DNA from: a virus
DNA: 64,000 nt
Virus record (IMG/VR): IMGVR_UViG_3300021376_000007
Direction: 5' to 3' (one strand)
Of this stretch, positions 33,113 to 42,620 are shown piece by piece (the stretch's first letter is position 1; the number at the start of each line of letters is the position of its first letter). The translations under genes and the position numbers were made by a program. The notes beneath the pieces are model-generated. The model saw only the letters and a list, made by a program, of their open reading frames with translations. It did not search any database and had not been told where the DNA came from.

Positions 33113-33424
33113 ATGATTAAAAAGCTAGCAAAAAAAATTACTTCTCTTTTGGGTAAAGCTAAAAGAAAAAACGTTAAGTCTGGTCAAGACGTATTTATTA
33201 ATTCGTTGATTGATAAGATTTCAAATGATGTTAATGAAGTAGCTAAAGCCGTAGATGAAGCAGTCACTAATGTTTCTGGAGCAGCTGCAAAAGAGGCCAA
33301 AAAGGTTGCCAAGGTCGTAGAGACTAAAGTGCCTACTAAGCCAAAAGCAGATAAACCAAAGACATCTGCAGCAGATTCAGGAGCTCCAAAGAAAAAGGGA
33401 AGACCTAAAAAAACAGCTGAATAA
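33113..33424 (+). CDS. Lys/Ala-rich protein with AT-hook-like KKKGRPKK tail
   Basis: GAGGT RBS before ATG 33113. Confidence 0.6.
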   Translation: MIKKLAKKITSLLGKAKRKNVKSGQDVFINSLIDKISNDVNEVAKAVDEAVTNVSGAAAKEAKKVAKVVETKVPTKPKADKPKTSAADSGAPKKKGRPKKTAE

Positions 33425-33755
33425 TACATTGCAAAAATGAAGGTCCTTTTATTCTGCAAAAGTTTAAGAGGACCTCATTTGCGTTACTATGTACCCTATG
33501 TCATTTGGTAAATATCGAAAAGTATCAAAAAATAATTGGTCAAATCTTGAAAATAAAAAATCTAATCCCGAAGAAAATGAATCAGAAAATCAAGAAAAAA
33601 ACCAACCAGAGCCCGAGGAATAAATATGCCCTTCAAAAAAATGATTAAAATTGGAGGCTTTAAATATAATACACAACCGAAAATGGGTTCCAGCAATGTT
33701 ATGTATGGGGTTTTTTTAAATAACGCAAAAAAAACAAAGAAAAAAGGAAAAAGCA

Positions 33756-34065
33756 ATGGCAAAAAAAGATCCTAGACTTGCAAGAGCCCGGAGTTTCTGG
33801 CTTTAATCAACCCAAAAGAACCCCAAGTCATCCTACAAAATCTCACATAGTCGTTGCCAAGTCTGGTGATCAGGTAAAAACAATTAGATTTGGTCAACAA
33901 GGCGTAAAAACAAATCAAACAGTTGGCCAAAGAAAAGCTTTTAAGTCTCGTCACGCAAAAAATATTTCTAAAGGAAAAATGTCTGCCGCGTACTGGGCGG
34001 ATAGGGTAAAGTGGAGTCCCAGTAAAACACAATCATCTTCTAAAAAATGGGTAAAAGGATCATAA
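33756..34065 (+). CDS. Small basic phage protein (~102 aa) with +1 shift at CGGA 33789-33792
   Basis: MAKKDPRLARA-G-VSGFNQPKRTP.HP.KSH...IRFGQQG...SAAYWA, a recurrent phage family as I recall it; the 0-frame stops 5 codons after the CGG. Confidence 0.8.
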
Positions 34066-34066
34066 T

Positions 34067-34297
34067 ATGGAAGCTGTAATCGTTGCAACAATTGCTTCCG
34101 TAGGAGCGGTATTGGTTGCCCTAGTGCAAAAAGGTAGGGCAGAAAACAAGGTAGATCATAATACAGTCACCGACATGATTGTTGGCGTAAAAGATGATAT
34201 AATAAGTTTACACTTTAAGATAGATCATGTTGATGATCAGGTGGACAAAGTCGACGATAAGATTGATATGCATATAAAATCTCATCGAAGAAAATAA
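34067..34297 (+). CDS. Small membrane protein with coiled coil (holin-like)
   Basis: Hydrophobic N-terminus; VDDQVDKVDDKID heptads. Confidence 0.55.
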   Translation: MEAVIVATIASVGAVLVALVQKGRAENKVDHNTVTDMIVGVKDDIISLHFKIDHVDDQVDKVDDKIDMHIKSHRRK

Positions 34298-34324
34298 TAC
34301 TAGTATTAAAACAAGGAGAAAAAA

Positions 34325-34543
34325 ATGGCAAAGAAAATGTCAAAAGCTGGCAAGGGCGTATCAGCCCCAGAGCCAACAGTAAGCGCAGGTCAAGCAAAGA
34401 TGGGTCAGAGACCTATTAAAGATAGCAAGGGCAAAAAAATTGAAACAAAAGGCGCTACTGCAGCAAAAAACTCAGTTTCGTCTGGTCAGATGAAAATGGC
34501 CAAGAGACCAATCAAAAATTCAAAAGGTAAGGTTATTGGCTGA
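34325..34543 (+). CDS. Lys-rich small protein with internal repeat
   Basis: VSxGQxKMxxRPIKxSKGK repeated twice; AAGGAG RBS. Confidence 0.7.
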   Translation: MAKKMSKAGKGVSAPEPTVSAGQAKMGQRPIKDSKGKKIETKGATAAKNSVSSGQMKMAKRPIKNSKGKVIG

Positions 34544-34571
34544 TAACTGAGTAAATTATACTCAAAAACAG

Positions 34572-34610
34572 AATCGGGGATGGTACTATATATGTGTATC
34601 GTCCCCGATT
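34572..34610. terminator. Hairpin (terminator or regulatory element) enclosing a GTACTAT motif
   Basis: AATCGGGGA / TCCCCGATT stem. Confidence 0.5.
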
Positions 34611-34633
34611 TTCAATTACAAAGGAAGATAAAA

Positions 34634-34777
34634 ATGGCATATGACAAAAAAAATAACAAAGCAATGACCGGCAAAAAGGCAGCCCCTGCAAAAAATGGAT
34701 CAGGCTTAACAGCAAAGCAAAAGAAACTACCTCCTTTTATTCAGAAAGCAATTCTTGCCAAGAAAAAAGGAAAGTAA
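34634..34777 (+). CDS. Lys-rich small protein
   Basis: MAYDKK...LTAKQKKLPPFIQKAIL; AAGGA RBS. Confidence 0.6.
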   Translation: MAYDKKNNKAMTGKKAAPAKNGSGLTAKQKKLPPFIQKAILAKKKGK

Positions 34778-34778
34778 T

Positions 34779-34988
34779 ATGGTCTCAAAAAAGAATCCAG
34801 ACAAAAAATGGATTCAACGTGCGATAAAAAGACCTGGTGCCTTTACCGCTAAAGCAAAAAGGGCTGGCAAGTCAGTTGCTGGGATGGTATCTGCTGTGAC
34901 TAAAAATCCAGAAAAGTATAGCAAACTTACTGTTCAGCAAGCAAACCTTGCAAAAACTCTTAGGAAGATTAACAAAAAAGGTAAATAA
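34779..34988 (+). CDS. Lys-rich small protein
   Basis: KWIQ.AIKRPGAF...A.LA.TLRK. Confidence 0.65.
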   Translation: MVSKKNPDKKWIQRAIKRPGAFTAKAKRAGKSVAGMVSAVTKNPEKYSKLTVQQANLAKTLRKINKKGK

Positions 34989-34989
34989 A

Positions 34990-35163
34990 ATGGCTAGAAA
35001 AAAAAGTAAAACTTCAGTTTACAACAACGCAGGCAAAACCGTAGATGCCAGCATCGATGGAACAAGGTCAGTACCAAAAATGAAAAAGAGTATGTACGGA
35101 AAAGCAGACTCAAAAACTTTTTCTACAAAGACTAAGGGATTAAAAAATGGCAAAAGTAAATAA
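34990..35163 (+). CDS. Lys-rich small protein
   Basis: MARKKSK... in the same operon. Confidence 0.55.
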   Translation: MARKKSKTSVYNNAGKTVDASIDGTRSVPKMKKSMYGKADSKTFSTKTKGLKNGKSK

Positions 35164-35326
35164 ACCAACAAAACCGGGACTTTGGTCTTCGGCAAAATCG
35201 CAGGCTAAAGCTAAGTTTGATGTCTATCCTTCAGCTTATGCGAATGCCTGGGCAGCAAAAAAATATAAGTCAATGGGTGGTGGATGGAGAACTGTCTCAA
35301 CCAAGAAAGCAAAGAAGAGCAAGTAA
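35147..35326 (+). CDS. Small basic phage protein (59 aa)
   Basis: MAKVNKPTKPGLW...AKAKFDVYPSAYANAW..K.YK..GG.W. Confidence 0.7.
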   Translation: MAKVNKPTKPGLWSSAKSQAKAKFDVYPSAYANAWAAKKYKSMGGGWRTVSTKKAKKSK

Positions 35327-35614
35327 ATGCCAGGTCCTAAAGGCGTTGGATTAACTAAGTGGTTTGACCAAAAATGGGTTAATATTGGCGCGCCCAAGAA
35401 AAAGGGAAAGTTTCGACCCTGCGGAACTTCAGGGGCTGGAGGATCTGGGTACGCTAAATGTGTTCCTGTGGCTAAGGCAAGATCAATGAGCGCAGGACAA
35501 AGAAAAAGCGCAGTTCAAAGAAAGAGGGCGTCCGGCACCCCAATAAAAGGGGTGAAAGGTCAGGCGCCAAAAAACGTTGCTACCTATGCAAAGGGTTTAA
35601 AAAAGAAAAAATAA
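35327..35614 (+). CDS. Small basic phage protein
   Basis: GLTKWFDQKWV...CG...YAKCVP...KR. Confidence 0.7.
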   Translation: MPGPKGVGLTKWFDQKWVNIGAPKKKGKFRPCGTSGAGGSGYAKCVPVAKARSMSAGQRKSAVQRKRASGTPIKGVKGQAPKNVATYAKGLKKKK

Positions 35615-35616
35615 TT

Positions 35617-35835
35617 ATGAGTAGCAATAACCTAGAAGCTTTTAGCGGGTTTATGCCTATGATTTCTCAAATAAGCTTGACTAGTGAAAACACAATGCTG
35701 GACACAGAAGGGCAAATAGTTAAGGCTCATGAATTTAAGATTACTACTAGAGATAACAAAGAACATATCTTTAGCATTGAAAATATAGATCTTATGAGAC
35801 TTTATTTTTTAATAATGAAAATTAATAATTCTTAA
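35617..35835 (+). CDS. Hypothetical protein
   Basis: 72-aa operon ORF. Confidence 0.6.
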   Translation: MSSNNLEAFSGFMPMISQISLTSENTMLDTEGQIVKAHEFKITTRDNKEHIFSIENIDLMRLYFLIMKINNS

Positions 35836-35844
35836 GGAGAAATT

Positions 35845-36085
35845 ATGTTACCAAGTAGAGAAGTTCGAGAAGCAGCTGAATCTATTGCAAGAAGCCAAAG
35901 GCGTGGAAGGGTAATACTTGGTGGTGGCTTAGCTGCCCTTGGGACAGGTACTATGATTCATGAGGCTAACAGAACCGGGATGACGGGTCCACCCACTCCA
36001 ATGATGATAGCGGGTTCAATTGCAGCTGCGGGAGGATATAGCAAACTAGCTAGGCGGATTGTATAGGGGAAGGGAATTTCTCTGA
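35845..36085 (+). CDS. Small Gly/Ala-rich protein; in-frame CGGA at 36055 (ends 36066 as triplet, 36085 if read as a quadruplet)
   Basis: AAGGAG RBS; AGG CGGA TTG TAT AGG GGA AGG GAA TTT CTC TGA. Confidence 0.55.
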
Positions 36086-36214
36086 GCGGATTTTTTTAAT
36101 TTGAATACCCGGTATGCGCCTGCAACAACTCTAGATAATAACGCATGCTCCGCAGTTTGCAGGTAAAAGATAAAACCGATATAATATATCCTTGAATCTA
36201 CAGTAGGGATATAT

Positions 36215-36454
36215 ATGACAGAACAGATGTGGACATGGCTATTGTTTGCCATGGAACTAATTGGTGTTGGCGGAAGCTATCTAGTTGGAAACAAGAAATG
36301 GTATGGCCATCTCATAGTCGCTCTTCATTCGTTTCCTTGGCTAATATACTCACTTATTTTTAATAAACCAGGATTTTTTGCCATGTGGATACTGTGGCAA
36401 TGTGTTCACTGGAGAAACATGGTTAAGTGGAGGAGCAATGGGCAAAGAGATTAA
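36215..36454 (+). CDS. Small multi-TM membrane protein (PnuC/SWEET-like half)
   Basis: Three hydrophobic helices, Trp-rich. Confidence 0.55.
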   Translation: MTEQMWTWLLFAMELIGVGGSYLVGNKKWYGHLIVALHSFPWLIYSLIFNKPGFFAMWILWQCVHWRNMVKWRSNGQRD

Positions 36455-37175
36455 AGTTTCGGTTATATTAACTAGTTATAATAATCCGAAATATTTAATG
36501 CGAGCTATAAAATCAGTTCTTGCTCAAACATATGAAAATATTGAGCTGATAATAGCTGACGACAATTCTTCCGATGAAGAAGTCTACAAAATAATTCGTC
36601 TATATTTAGACAATCCAAAAGTAAAATATTACAACTCTCAGGTAGCAAAAGAAAATAGACTTAAGACGGCACGTTACGCAACGCAAATTAACACCGCTGT
36701 AAAATACATATCTACAGGCACTCATCTCCTGTATTTAGCTGATGATGATTATTATTATCCACAAATGATAGAAAAAATGGTTGAGTTTGTTGAAAGAACA
36801 AATCATGATGTATGCTTTTGTGCACAGCATGTGCGAGATGTTGATGACAACATAGATGGTGGCGGTATTGATGGTCGTGGTGTCAGATGGTTTCAAGAAG
36901 TTCTAATACGTGGTGCAGACAAGTTAGATCATAATCAGGTGATGACATCTCGTCACGCATATGATCAAGTTGATGGATGGGAAGACGCCGCCTGGTGTTG
37001 GGCAGGAGCTGACGCAGCTTTTTTTGATAGGCTACAAAGAGCAGGGTATATGTTCTATCCAATTGATTTTACAGAACCACTCCAAGCAAAAATGTACAGA
37101 GAAAACTCAGTACAGTGGAACATGGCAAATAATCTAGATCCGATTGGAGGGCAATTAGCAAATGAGCAGTGTTAA
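36438..37175 (+). CDS. GT2-family glycosyltransferase
   Basis: VSVILTSYN, SVLAQTY, DDNSSD and YLADDD motifs. Confidence 0.9.
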   Translation: MGKEIKVSVILTSYNNPKYLMRAIKSVLAQTYENIELIIADDNSSDEEVYKIIRLYLDNPKVKYYNSQVAKENRLKTARYATQINTAVKYISTGTHLLYLADDDYYYPQMIEKMVEFVERTNHDVCFCAQHVRDVDDNIDGGGIDGRGVRWFQEVLIRGADKLDHNQVMTSRHAYDQVDGWEDAAWCWAGADAAFFDRLQRAGYMFYPIDFTEPLQAKMYRENSVQWNMANNLDPIGGQLANEQC

Positions 37176-38049
37176 TTTTTGGGCTGTTGGCATGGCGAGA
37201 GATGAAGGTGACATTATTGATCACACCATGTATCACTTTGCAGCTAATGGAGCAGCTGGAATTATAGTTGCAGACAATCTATCTAAAGATGATACAAGAG
37301 AAAGAATGGAAGAAGCTAAAGAGAATATAGCTAAATTTAATCCAGAGATTAAAGTTATTATTTTAGAAGATAATATAGTTCAATACACTCAGTCTCAAAA
37401 AATGACCAACTTAGCTGCTATGGCTCGTGAAAATGGAGCCAAATGGATTGTTCCTTTTGATATTGATGAGATCTGGCATTCGTCAAAAGGAACTTTGCAG
37501 GAAGCGTTTGAGGAATTAGATAGTCAAGAATATGACGCATATAGGGTTTTGTATACCAATCATTCTATTACAGAGTTTGATGAGCCAGGATTATCTCCTT
37601 TTCATTCCATAAAATATAAATGGAACCTTCCAACTAACCACAAGTGTTGTTTTAGGTTTAGGCCATCAGACAAATCTGTATCAATTTCTAATGGAAACCA
37701 TTTGGTTCAGTACAATGGGTGGAACTATATGTCAAATATTAATATAGCTATTGATGATTATGGTCATGATAAAATTATATTTGGCCCACAATTACTAGCA
37801 ATTAGACATTTTCAATGGAGATCTCTGGATCATTTTATGAAAAAAATTCTCAATGCCTACGAAGCCTGTAAAGCTTTAGGTCCTGGGGCAGATCTATACA
37901 GCGGTGCAGCATGGGCTGAACACTTTAATATCTACGAAGCTGATGGATTAGATGGATTAGTACAGTATTTTGACAACAATATTTTAGTAACTCAAGACAC
38001 TGGATCTTTAATCTATGATCCAGCCCCAATCATGGAGTTACCAGCATGA
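37162..38049 (+). CDS. GT2-like glycosyltransferase
   Basis: ARDEGDII, DNLSKD, WIVPFDIDE and RHFQWRS motifs. Confidence 0.85.
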   Translation: MSSVNFWAVGMARDEGDIIDHTMYHFAANGAAGIIVADNLSKDDTRERMEEAKENIAKFNPEIKVIILEDNIVQYTQSQKMTNLAAMARENGAKWIVPFDIDEIWHSSKGTLQEAFEELDSQEYDAYRVLYTNHSITEFDEPGLSPFHSIKYKWNLPTNHKCCFRFRPSDKSVSISNGNHLVQYNGWNYMSNINIAIDDYGHDKIIFGPQLLAIRHFQWRSLDHFMKKILNAYEACKALGPGADLYSGAAWAEHFNIYEADGLDGLVQYFDNNILVTQDTGSLIYDPAPIMELPA

Positions 38050-38702
38050 ATAAAGTATCATTAGTGGTTATTACAGATGGAAGACAGTCATGCATAGAGC
38101 AAACCATAGATAGGTTTGAGGATGTTATTAATTATTCTTTTTGTGAAAGAGTAATAATAAATGACTCTGGCGATATAAGATATCATAATTTTTTAACAAA
38201 CGCTTTTCCAATGTTTAAAATTATTTCACACGAGCAAAGAAGAGGATTGGCTGGTGCAGTACAGTCAGTTTGGAGTTCTATTGGTGAAGAGTCTGAATAT
38301 GTCTTTCATCTAGAAGACGATTTTATTGTCAAAAGAAAATTTGATATAGATCATATGATTTTCTTACTGAAAAACAATTTGCACTTAATACAAATGGCTT
38401 TAGTTAGGGACCCTGTTAATCCACCAGAAGAAGAAGTTGGTGGATTTGTATTTCAGCACAAAGAATCTTATGAGCAAAAAGGTGATTTTTTTGAACATGG
38501 TAGACTGTTTACTTTAAACCCATGTGTGTATCCAATCTCTACTACACGAATTGGTTGGCCAGACCATGGTGGGGAATCTGAGTTTACACAAAAAGTTCAT
38601 TCAATAAACAAGCAACTAAGATTTGGTTATTACGGAAACATGTATGATGAACCACTTGTTACACACATAGGCGGCAGAAGAAGTGAGGGTTGGTTTTTAT
38701 AA
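38046..38702 (+). CDS. GT2-like glycosyltransferase
   Basis: INDSGD, YVFHLEDDF, FTLNP and HIG motifs. Confidence 0.8.
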   Translation: MNKVSLVVITDGRQSCIEQTIDRFEDVINYSFCERVIINDSGDIRYHNFLTNAFPMFKIISHEQRRGLAGAVQSVWSSIGEESEYVFHLEDDFIVKRKFDIDHMIFLLKNNLHLIQMALVRDPVNPPEEEVGGFVFQHKESYEQKGDFFEHGRLFTLNPCVYPISTTRIGWPDHGGESEFTQKVHSINKQLRFGYYGNMYDEPLVTHIGGRRSEGWFL

Positions 38703-39371
38703 ATGTTTATAATCCCATGTAAATTTGATAAAAACTACCCAATAGTTTTTCAATGTATTGAATCAATAATAAAATTTCATCCAAATGAAAAAATTGTTTT
38801 AGTAGATTCTTCTTCATCTGATAAAAGTTATTTTAAGGACATAGATTCATCTGTACAAATATTTGATGTAGATAATAAAAACTATGCTTTAGAAGCATAT
38901 AATATAGGATACAATAACAATCCGCATGAAGATTTTTATTTTTGTATTCATGATTCATTAGTTCTTAATGGGAATATAGATTTTGTAAAAAACAATGATC
39001 TAACTACAATTAGATGGTGGGATTCTCCTCCGACCCCTATGGGCAGAGATGAAAATGATCAAGACTTAAGTGTCTGGGCAGATGAACAACTTAAAAAACA
39101 TATGGGCTTTGAACTACCCCACTATTACAAGGGCGTTTTTGGTCCAATGATGCTGGCCTCCAATAAAACAATGCAAGACCTCACTCAATCTGGGCTATTC
39201 AATATTCTTCCAATTAATAAATTTCAGTCCTGTGCAACAGAAAGATTGCTTGGCATAGCCCTTGGAAGATTGGGTTATGACGTAACAAATTCTCTTCAAG
39301 GTCCTATGAGTGATTTTTATGGTTTATATGATGAAAAATATGTTAAAAAGAACTATCTATTAAGAATGTAG
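38703..39371 (+). CDS. Glycosyltransferase-like protein
   Basis: CIESI..F.P, VDS, IHDS and ERLLG motifs. Confidence 0.65.
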   Translation: MFIIPCKFDKNYPIVFQCIESIIKFHPNEKIVLVDSSSSDKSYFKDIDSSVQIFDVDNKNYALEAYNIGYNNNPHEDFYFCIHDSLVLNGNIDFVKNNDLTTIRWWDSPPTPMGRDENDQDLSVWADEQLKKHMGFELPHYYKGVFGPMMLASNKTMQDLTQSGLFNILPINKFQSCATERLLGIALGRLGYDVTNSLQGPMSDFYGLYDEKYVKKNYLLRM

Positions 39372-39376
39372 GGTTT

Positions 39377-40747
39377 ATGAATAATTTAGTTATTTTTGAT
39401 TTAGATGGAGTTTTATTAGACAGTAGGGAAGTTCATTACGAGGCATTGAATAATGCGCTTGAATTTTTTGGAAAACAATATATAATTTCTAGAGAAGAAC
39501 ATTTAAGCATATATGATGGTTTACCAACTACAAAAAAATTAAATACATTATCTGAAAATAAAAATCTTCCTACAAATCTTCATAATGAAGTTTGGAAAAA
39601 AAAACAAGAAGAAACTTTATTTATTTTCAATAAGCTTTTAAGAGATGAAGAACTAATATCATTTTTTAAAAAACTTAAATTTAATTCATTCAAGATTGCA
39701 GTTGCATCTAATAGCGTAAGAGATACTGTAAAATTAGTACTAATACGACTTGGACTAATTGAATATATAGACTACTTTGTAAGTAATGATGATGTAAAAA
39801 GAACAAAACCATTTCCAGAAATGTATTGGACATGCATGACTGCTTGCAACGCACTGCCAAGCACTACGGTAATCGTAGAGGATAGTCACATTGGCAGACA
39901 AGGAGCATTAGACAGTGGATCAACTCTTGTTGCAGTAGAGAATAGAAATGATTTAAATATTCAAAAAATTGATAAGATAATTAATATTTTATCTAAAAAA
40001 CAAAATAAAAACATACCATGGAAATCGGAAAGTATGAACGTATTAATACCTATGGCTGGTGCTGGTAGCAGATTTGAAGCAGTTGGATATACTTTTCCCA
40101 AACCGTTAATTGAAGTAAGCGGAAAACCTATGATTCAAGTAGTCGTAGAAAATTTAAATATAGAAGCAAATTATATATTTATCGTTCAAAAAGAACATTA
40201 TGAAAAATATAATTTACAATACTTATTAAATTTAATAGCCCCTAGATGCAGTATTATTCAAGTTGACTCCTTAACTGAAGGAGCTGCTTGCACTACCCTG
40301 TTAGCCAAGAAATTGATAGATAATGATTCTCCATTAATTATGGCAAACTCGGATCAATTTATTGAATGGAATAGCAATGAGGCATTATATGCTTTTAGTG
40401 CGGATGGGATTGACGGCGGAATACTTACTTTTGAGGCAACTCATCCTAAATGGTCATATGCAAAATTGGATGATGATGGTTTTGTTGCAGAAGTTGCAGA
40501 GAAAAAACCTATAAGTAACTTAGCTACTGTAGGTATTTACTTCTGGAAAAAGGGTTCAGATTATGTAAAATATGCAGAACAAATGATAGCTAAAGACATT
40601 AGGACAAATGGAGAATTTTATGTATGTCCAGTTTTTAATGAAGCTATACAAGATAATAAAAAAATTAGAGTTAAAAATATAGAAAAAATGTGGGGCATAG
40701 GTACTCCAGAGGATCTTAATTACTTTTTGGAGAATTATCAAAAATGA
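39377..40747 (+). CDS. HAD-family phosphatase fused to sugar nucleotidyltransferase
   Basis: FDLDGVL, KP.PE and VEDS; IPMAGAGSRF...PKPLI, EKKPIS, GEFYV and GTPEDL. Confidence 0.9.
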   Translation: MNNLVIFDLDGVLLDSREVHYEALNNALEFFGKQYIISREEHLSIYDGLPTTKKLNTLSENKNLPTNLHNEVWKKKQEETLFIFNKLLRDEELISFFKKLKFNSFKIAVASNSVRDTVKLVLIRLGLIEYIDYFVSNDDVKRTKPFPEMYWTCMTACNALPSTTVIVEDSHIGRQGALDSGSTLVAVENRNDLNIQKIDKIINILSKKQNKNIPWKSESMNVLIPMAGAGSRFEAVGYTFPKPLIEVSGKPMIQVVVENLNIEANYIFIVQKEHYEKYNLQYLLNLIAPRCSIIQVDSLTEGAACTTLLAKKLIDNDSPLIMANSDQFIEWNSNEALYAFSADGIDGGILTFEATHPKWSYAKLDDDGFVAEVAEKKPISNLATVGIYFWKKGSDYVKYAEQMIAKDIRTNGEFYVCPVFNEAIQDNKKIRVKNIEKMWGIGTPEDLNYFLENYQK

Positions 40748-41181
40748 AACTTATTGCACACAGAGGTAACTTTGAGGGTATAAAAAAAGAACTAGAAAAT
40801 AAACCTGAGTATATAAATATAGCCTTAAATAATGGCTATGATGTAGAAATAGACGTAAGGTATGTTAATGGTTTATGGTATTTAGGTCATGATGAGCCAC
40901 AATATAAAGTTGATATAATAGATTATCTAGATAAAAGATGCTGGCTACACTGTAAAAATCCAAAAGCTTTTGAAAAATTATTTAATGATTATAACACTGC
41001 AAACTTTTTTTGGCATCAAACAGATGCGTATACTATGACATCATCTGGATTAATTTGGGCTTTTCCTGGATCAAAAAGATTAGATAATAGTGTTGTTTTA
41101 TTTCCAAAAAATTCAGAAGAAATCTTTAATGTTTATGGCGTGTGCGACAATGATTTTTCAGAAATAAAAACATGGATTTAA
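40744..41181 (+). CDS. Glycerophosphodiester phosphodiesterase-like protein
   Basis: LIAHRG, EN, DVEIDV, LGHD and WLHCKN motifs. Confidence 0.8.
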   Translation: MKLIAHRGNFEGIKKELENKPEYINIALNNGYDVEIDVRYVNGLWYLGHDEPQYKVDIIDYLDKRCWLHCKNPKAFEKLFNDYNTANFFWHQTDAYTMTSSGLIWAFPGSKRLDNSVVLFPKNSEEIFNVYGVCDNDFSEIKTWI

Positions 41182-41808
41182 TAATAGTTCGGAGCTGGTG
41201 GACATTCTAAAGATCTAGAATATATTGCCTTGTCAGACAAGTATGAACAATGGAATATTATTGGATTTTTAGATGATGATCCATCAATAAATAACAAACA
41301 TCTTCTCGGCGATGTGTCGTTTCTACCTTTTTTACTTGATAAATATCCTAAATTAAAATACACTATAGGGATTAATTCATCTAAAATAAGAAAAAAAATA
41401 GAATCAAAAATAAATAGAATTGACCGTGCAGCTAACCTTATCCATGACACAGCAGTAATAGGTTCATATTGCACTTTTGGCGGTGGTTTAACCATGGGTC
41501 CATATTCTGTTCTAACAACTAGAGTTAACCTAGGTGTACACGTGCACATAAACACAGCTTCTTCGATTAATCAGTCAAGTAATATTGGAGACTATTGCAC
41601 TTTAAGCCCTGGGTCAAGAATATGTGGTGATGTTAATATTGGTCACACAACATCAATAGGAGCAGGGGCTGTTGTCATTAACTTTAAAAATGTAGGATCA
41701 AATTGCACTTTAGGGGCAGGAACTGTTGTGATAGATGACGCAGAAGATGGAGCTACCGTAGTAGGAGTTCCTGGAAGGCCAATTAAAAGATTTGGCGAAT
41801 ACATATAG
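41172..41808 (+). CDS. NeuD/PglD-family sugar O-acetyltransferase (~211 aa) with +1 shift at CGGA 41190-41193
   Basis: MDLIIV-G-AGGHSK restores the GAGGH motif; GFLDD; hexapeptide repeats; VGVPG. Confidence 0.88.
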
Positions 41809-41851
41809 TCATTACTATTAAGGACAAATGACAAAAGGAGATAGTAAAATT

Positions 41852-42373
41852 ATGCCAAGAAAGTATACTGGAAACTCAGACGGCAACGGTAATGGTCCCA
41901 AGCCTGGCACCGAGAAGCTTCTAGAGCTCTGCAAGAAAAGGTGGGGTTTTTCTAATTTGGGGATTTATGTCAATAGAAGAATGAGGAATCCTGCAGCCGA
42001 CAAAGACCCAAATAACCCAAAGTGGCTGAGCGTTCATGCAACGGGCAGGGCAATCGATATGGGTTATACAGACCGCAAGAAGGCTGTTGAGGCATGGGAT
42101 TGGTTTATGAAGTACACCAAAGAGCTCGGCATCGAGGAGGTTCACGACTACGCCTATGACTCTAACGTTAAGGATAAGCAACTCGGCTGGGGCCGTGGTT
42201 ATCGCTGCAGTCGCGGTGAAGGCGAAAAAGGCGTAAAGATTTATGACGCCAAAGACAATGCTGGTTCGCAAGGCGGCAAGTGGTTGCACATAGAACTATC
42301 ACCAGAGATGGCCAAAGATGCCACAAAATTTGAGGCTGCATGGAGAGCACTTCCTAAGCCTGGTCAAGCCTAA
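41852..42373 (+). CDS. Putative endolysin, M15-like zinc peptidase fold
   Basis: SVHATGRAID (SxHxxGxAxD) and WLHIE motifs; AAGGAG RBS; TTACTAT upstream. Confidence 0.75.
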   Translation: MPRKYTGNSDGNGNGPKPGTEKLLELCKKRWGFSNLGIYVNRRMRNPAADKDPNNPKWLSVHATGRAIDMGYTDRKKAVEAWDWFMKYTKELGIEEVHDYAYDSNVKDKQLGWGRGYRCSRGEGEKGVKIYDAKDNAGSQGGKWLHIELSPEMAKDATKFEAAWRALPKPGQA

Positions 42374-42553
42374 ATTTGGCTATAGAAGTATTGACTTTTA
42401 TGGTAAAGCTTATTATTGCTTTATCATTGGGATTAATTCTTCTTCCCACTGTCTTAATTATTGCATTAGAATTTTTCTTTAGAGAATCTGATTTTGATGA
42501 CGTAATTGACTAAGTAGATGATATAATATACATCCTTGCAACGGAGGCACGGG

Positions 42554-42582
42554 AAAGGTCCTGACATTAGTCAGGACCTTTT
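42554..42582. terminator. Terminator hairpin
   Basis: AAAGGTCCTGAC / GTCAGGACCTTT. Confidence 0.7.
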
Positions 42583-42620
42583 CTTGTTACTATACTTATT
42601 AAACCACTGGAGGGTGAGCA

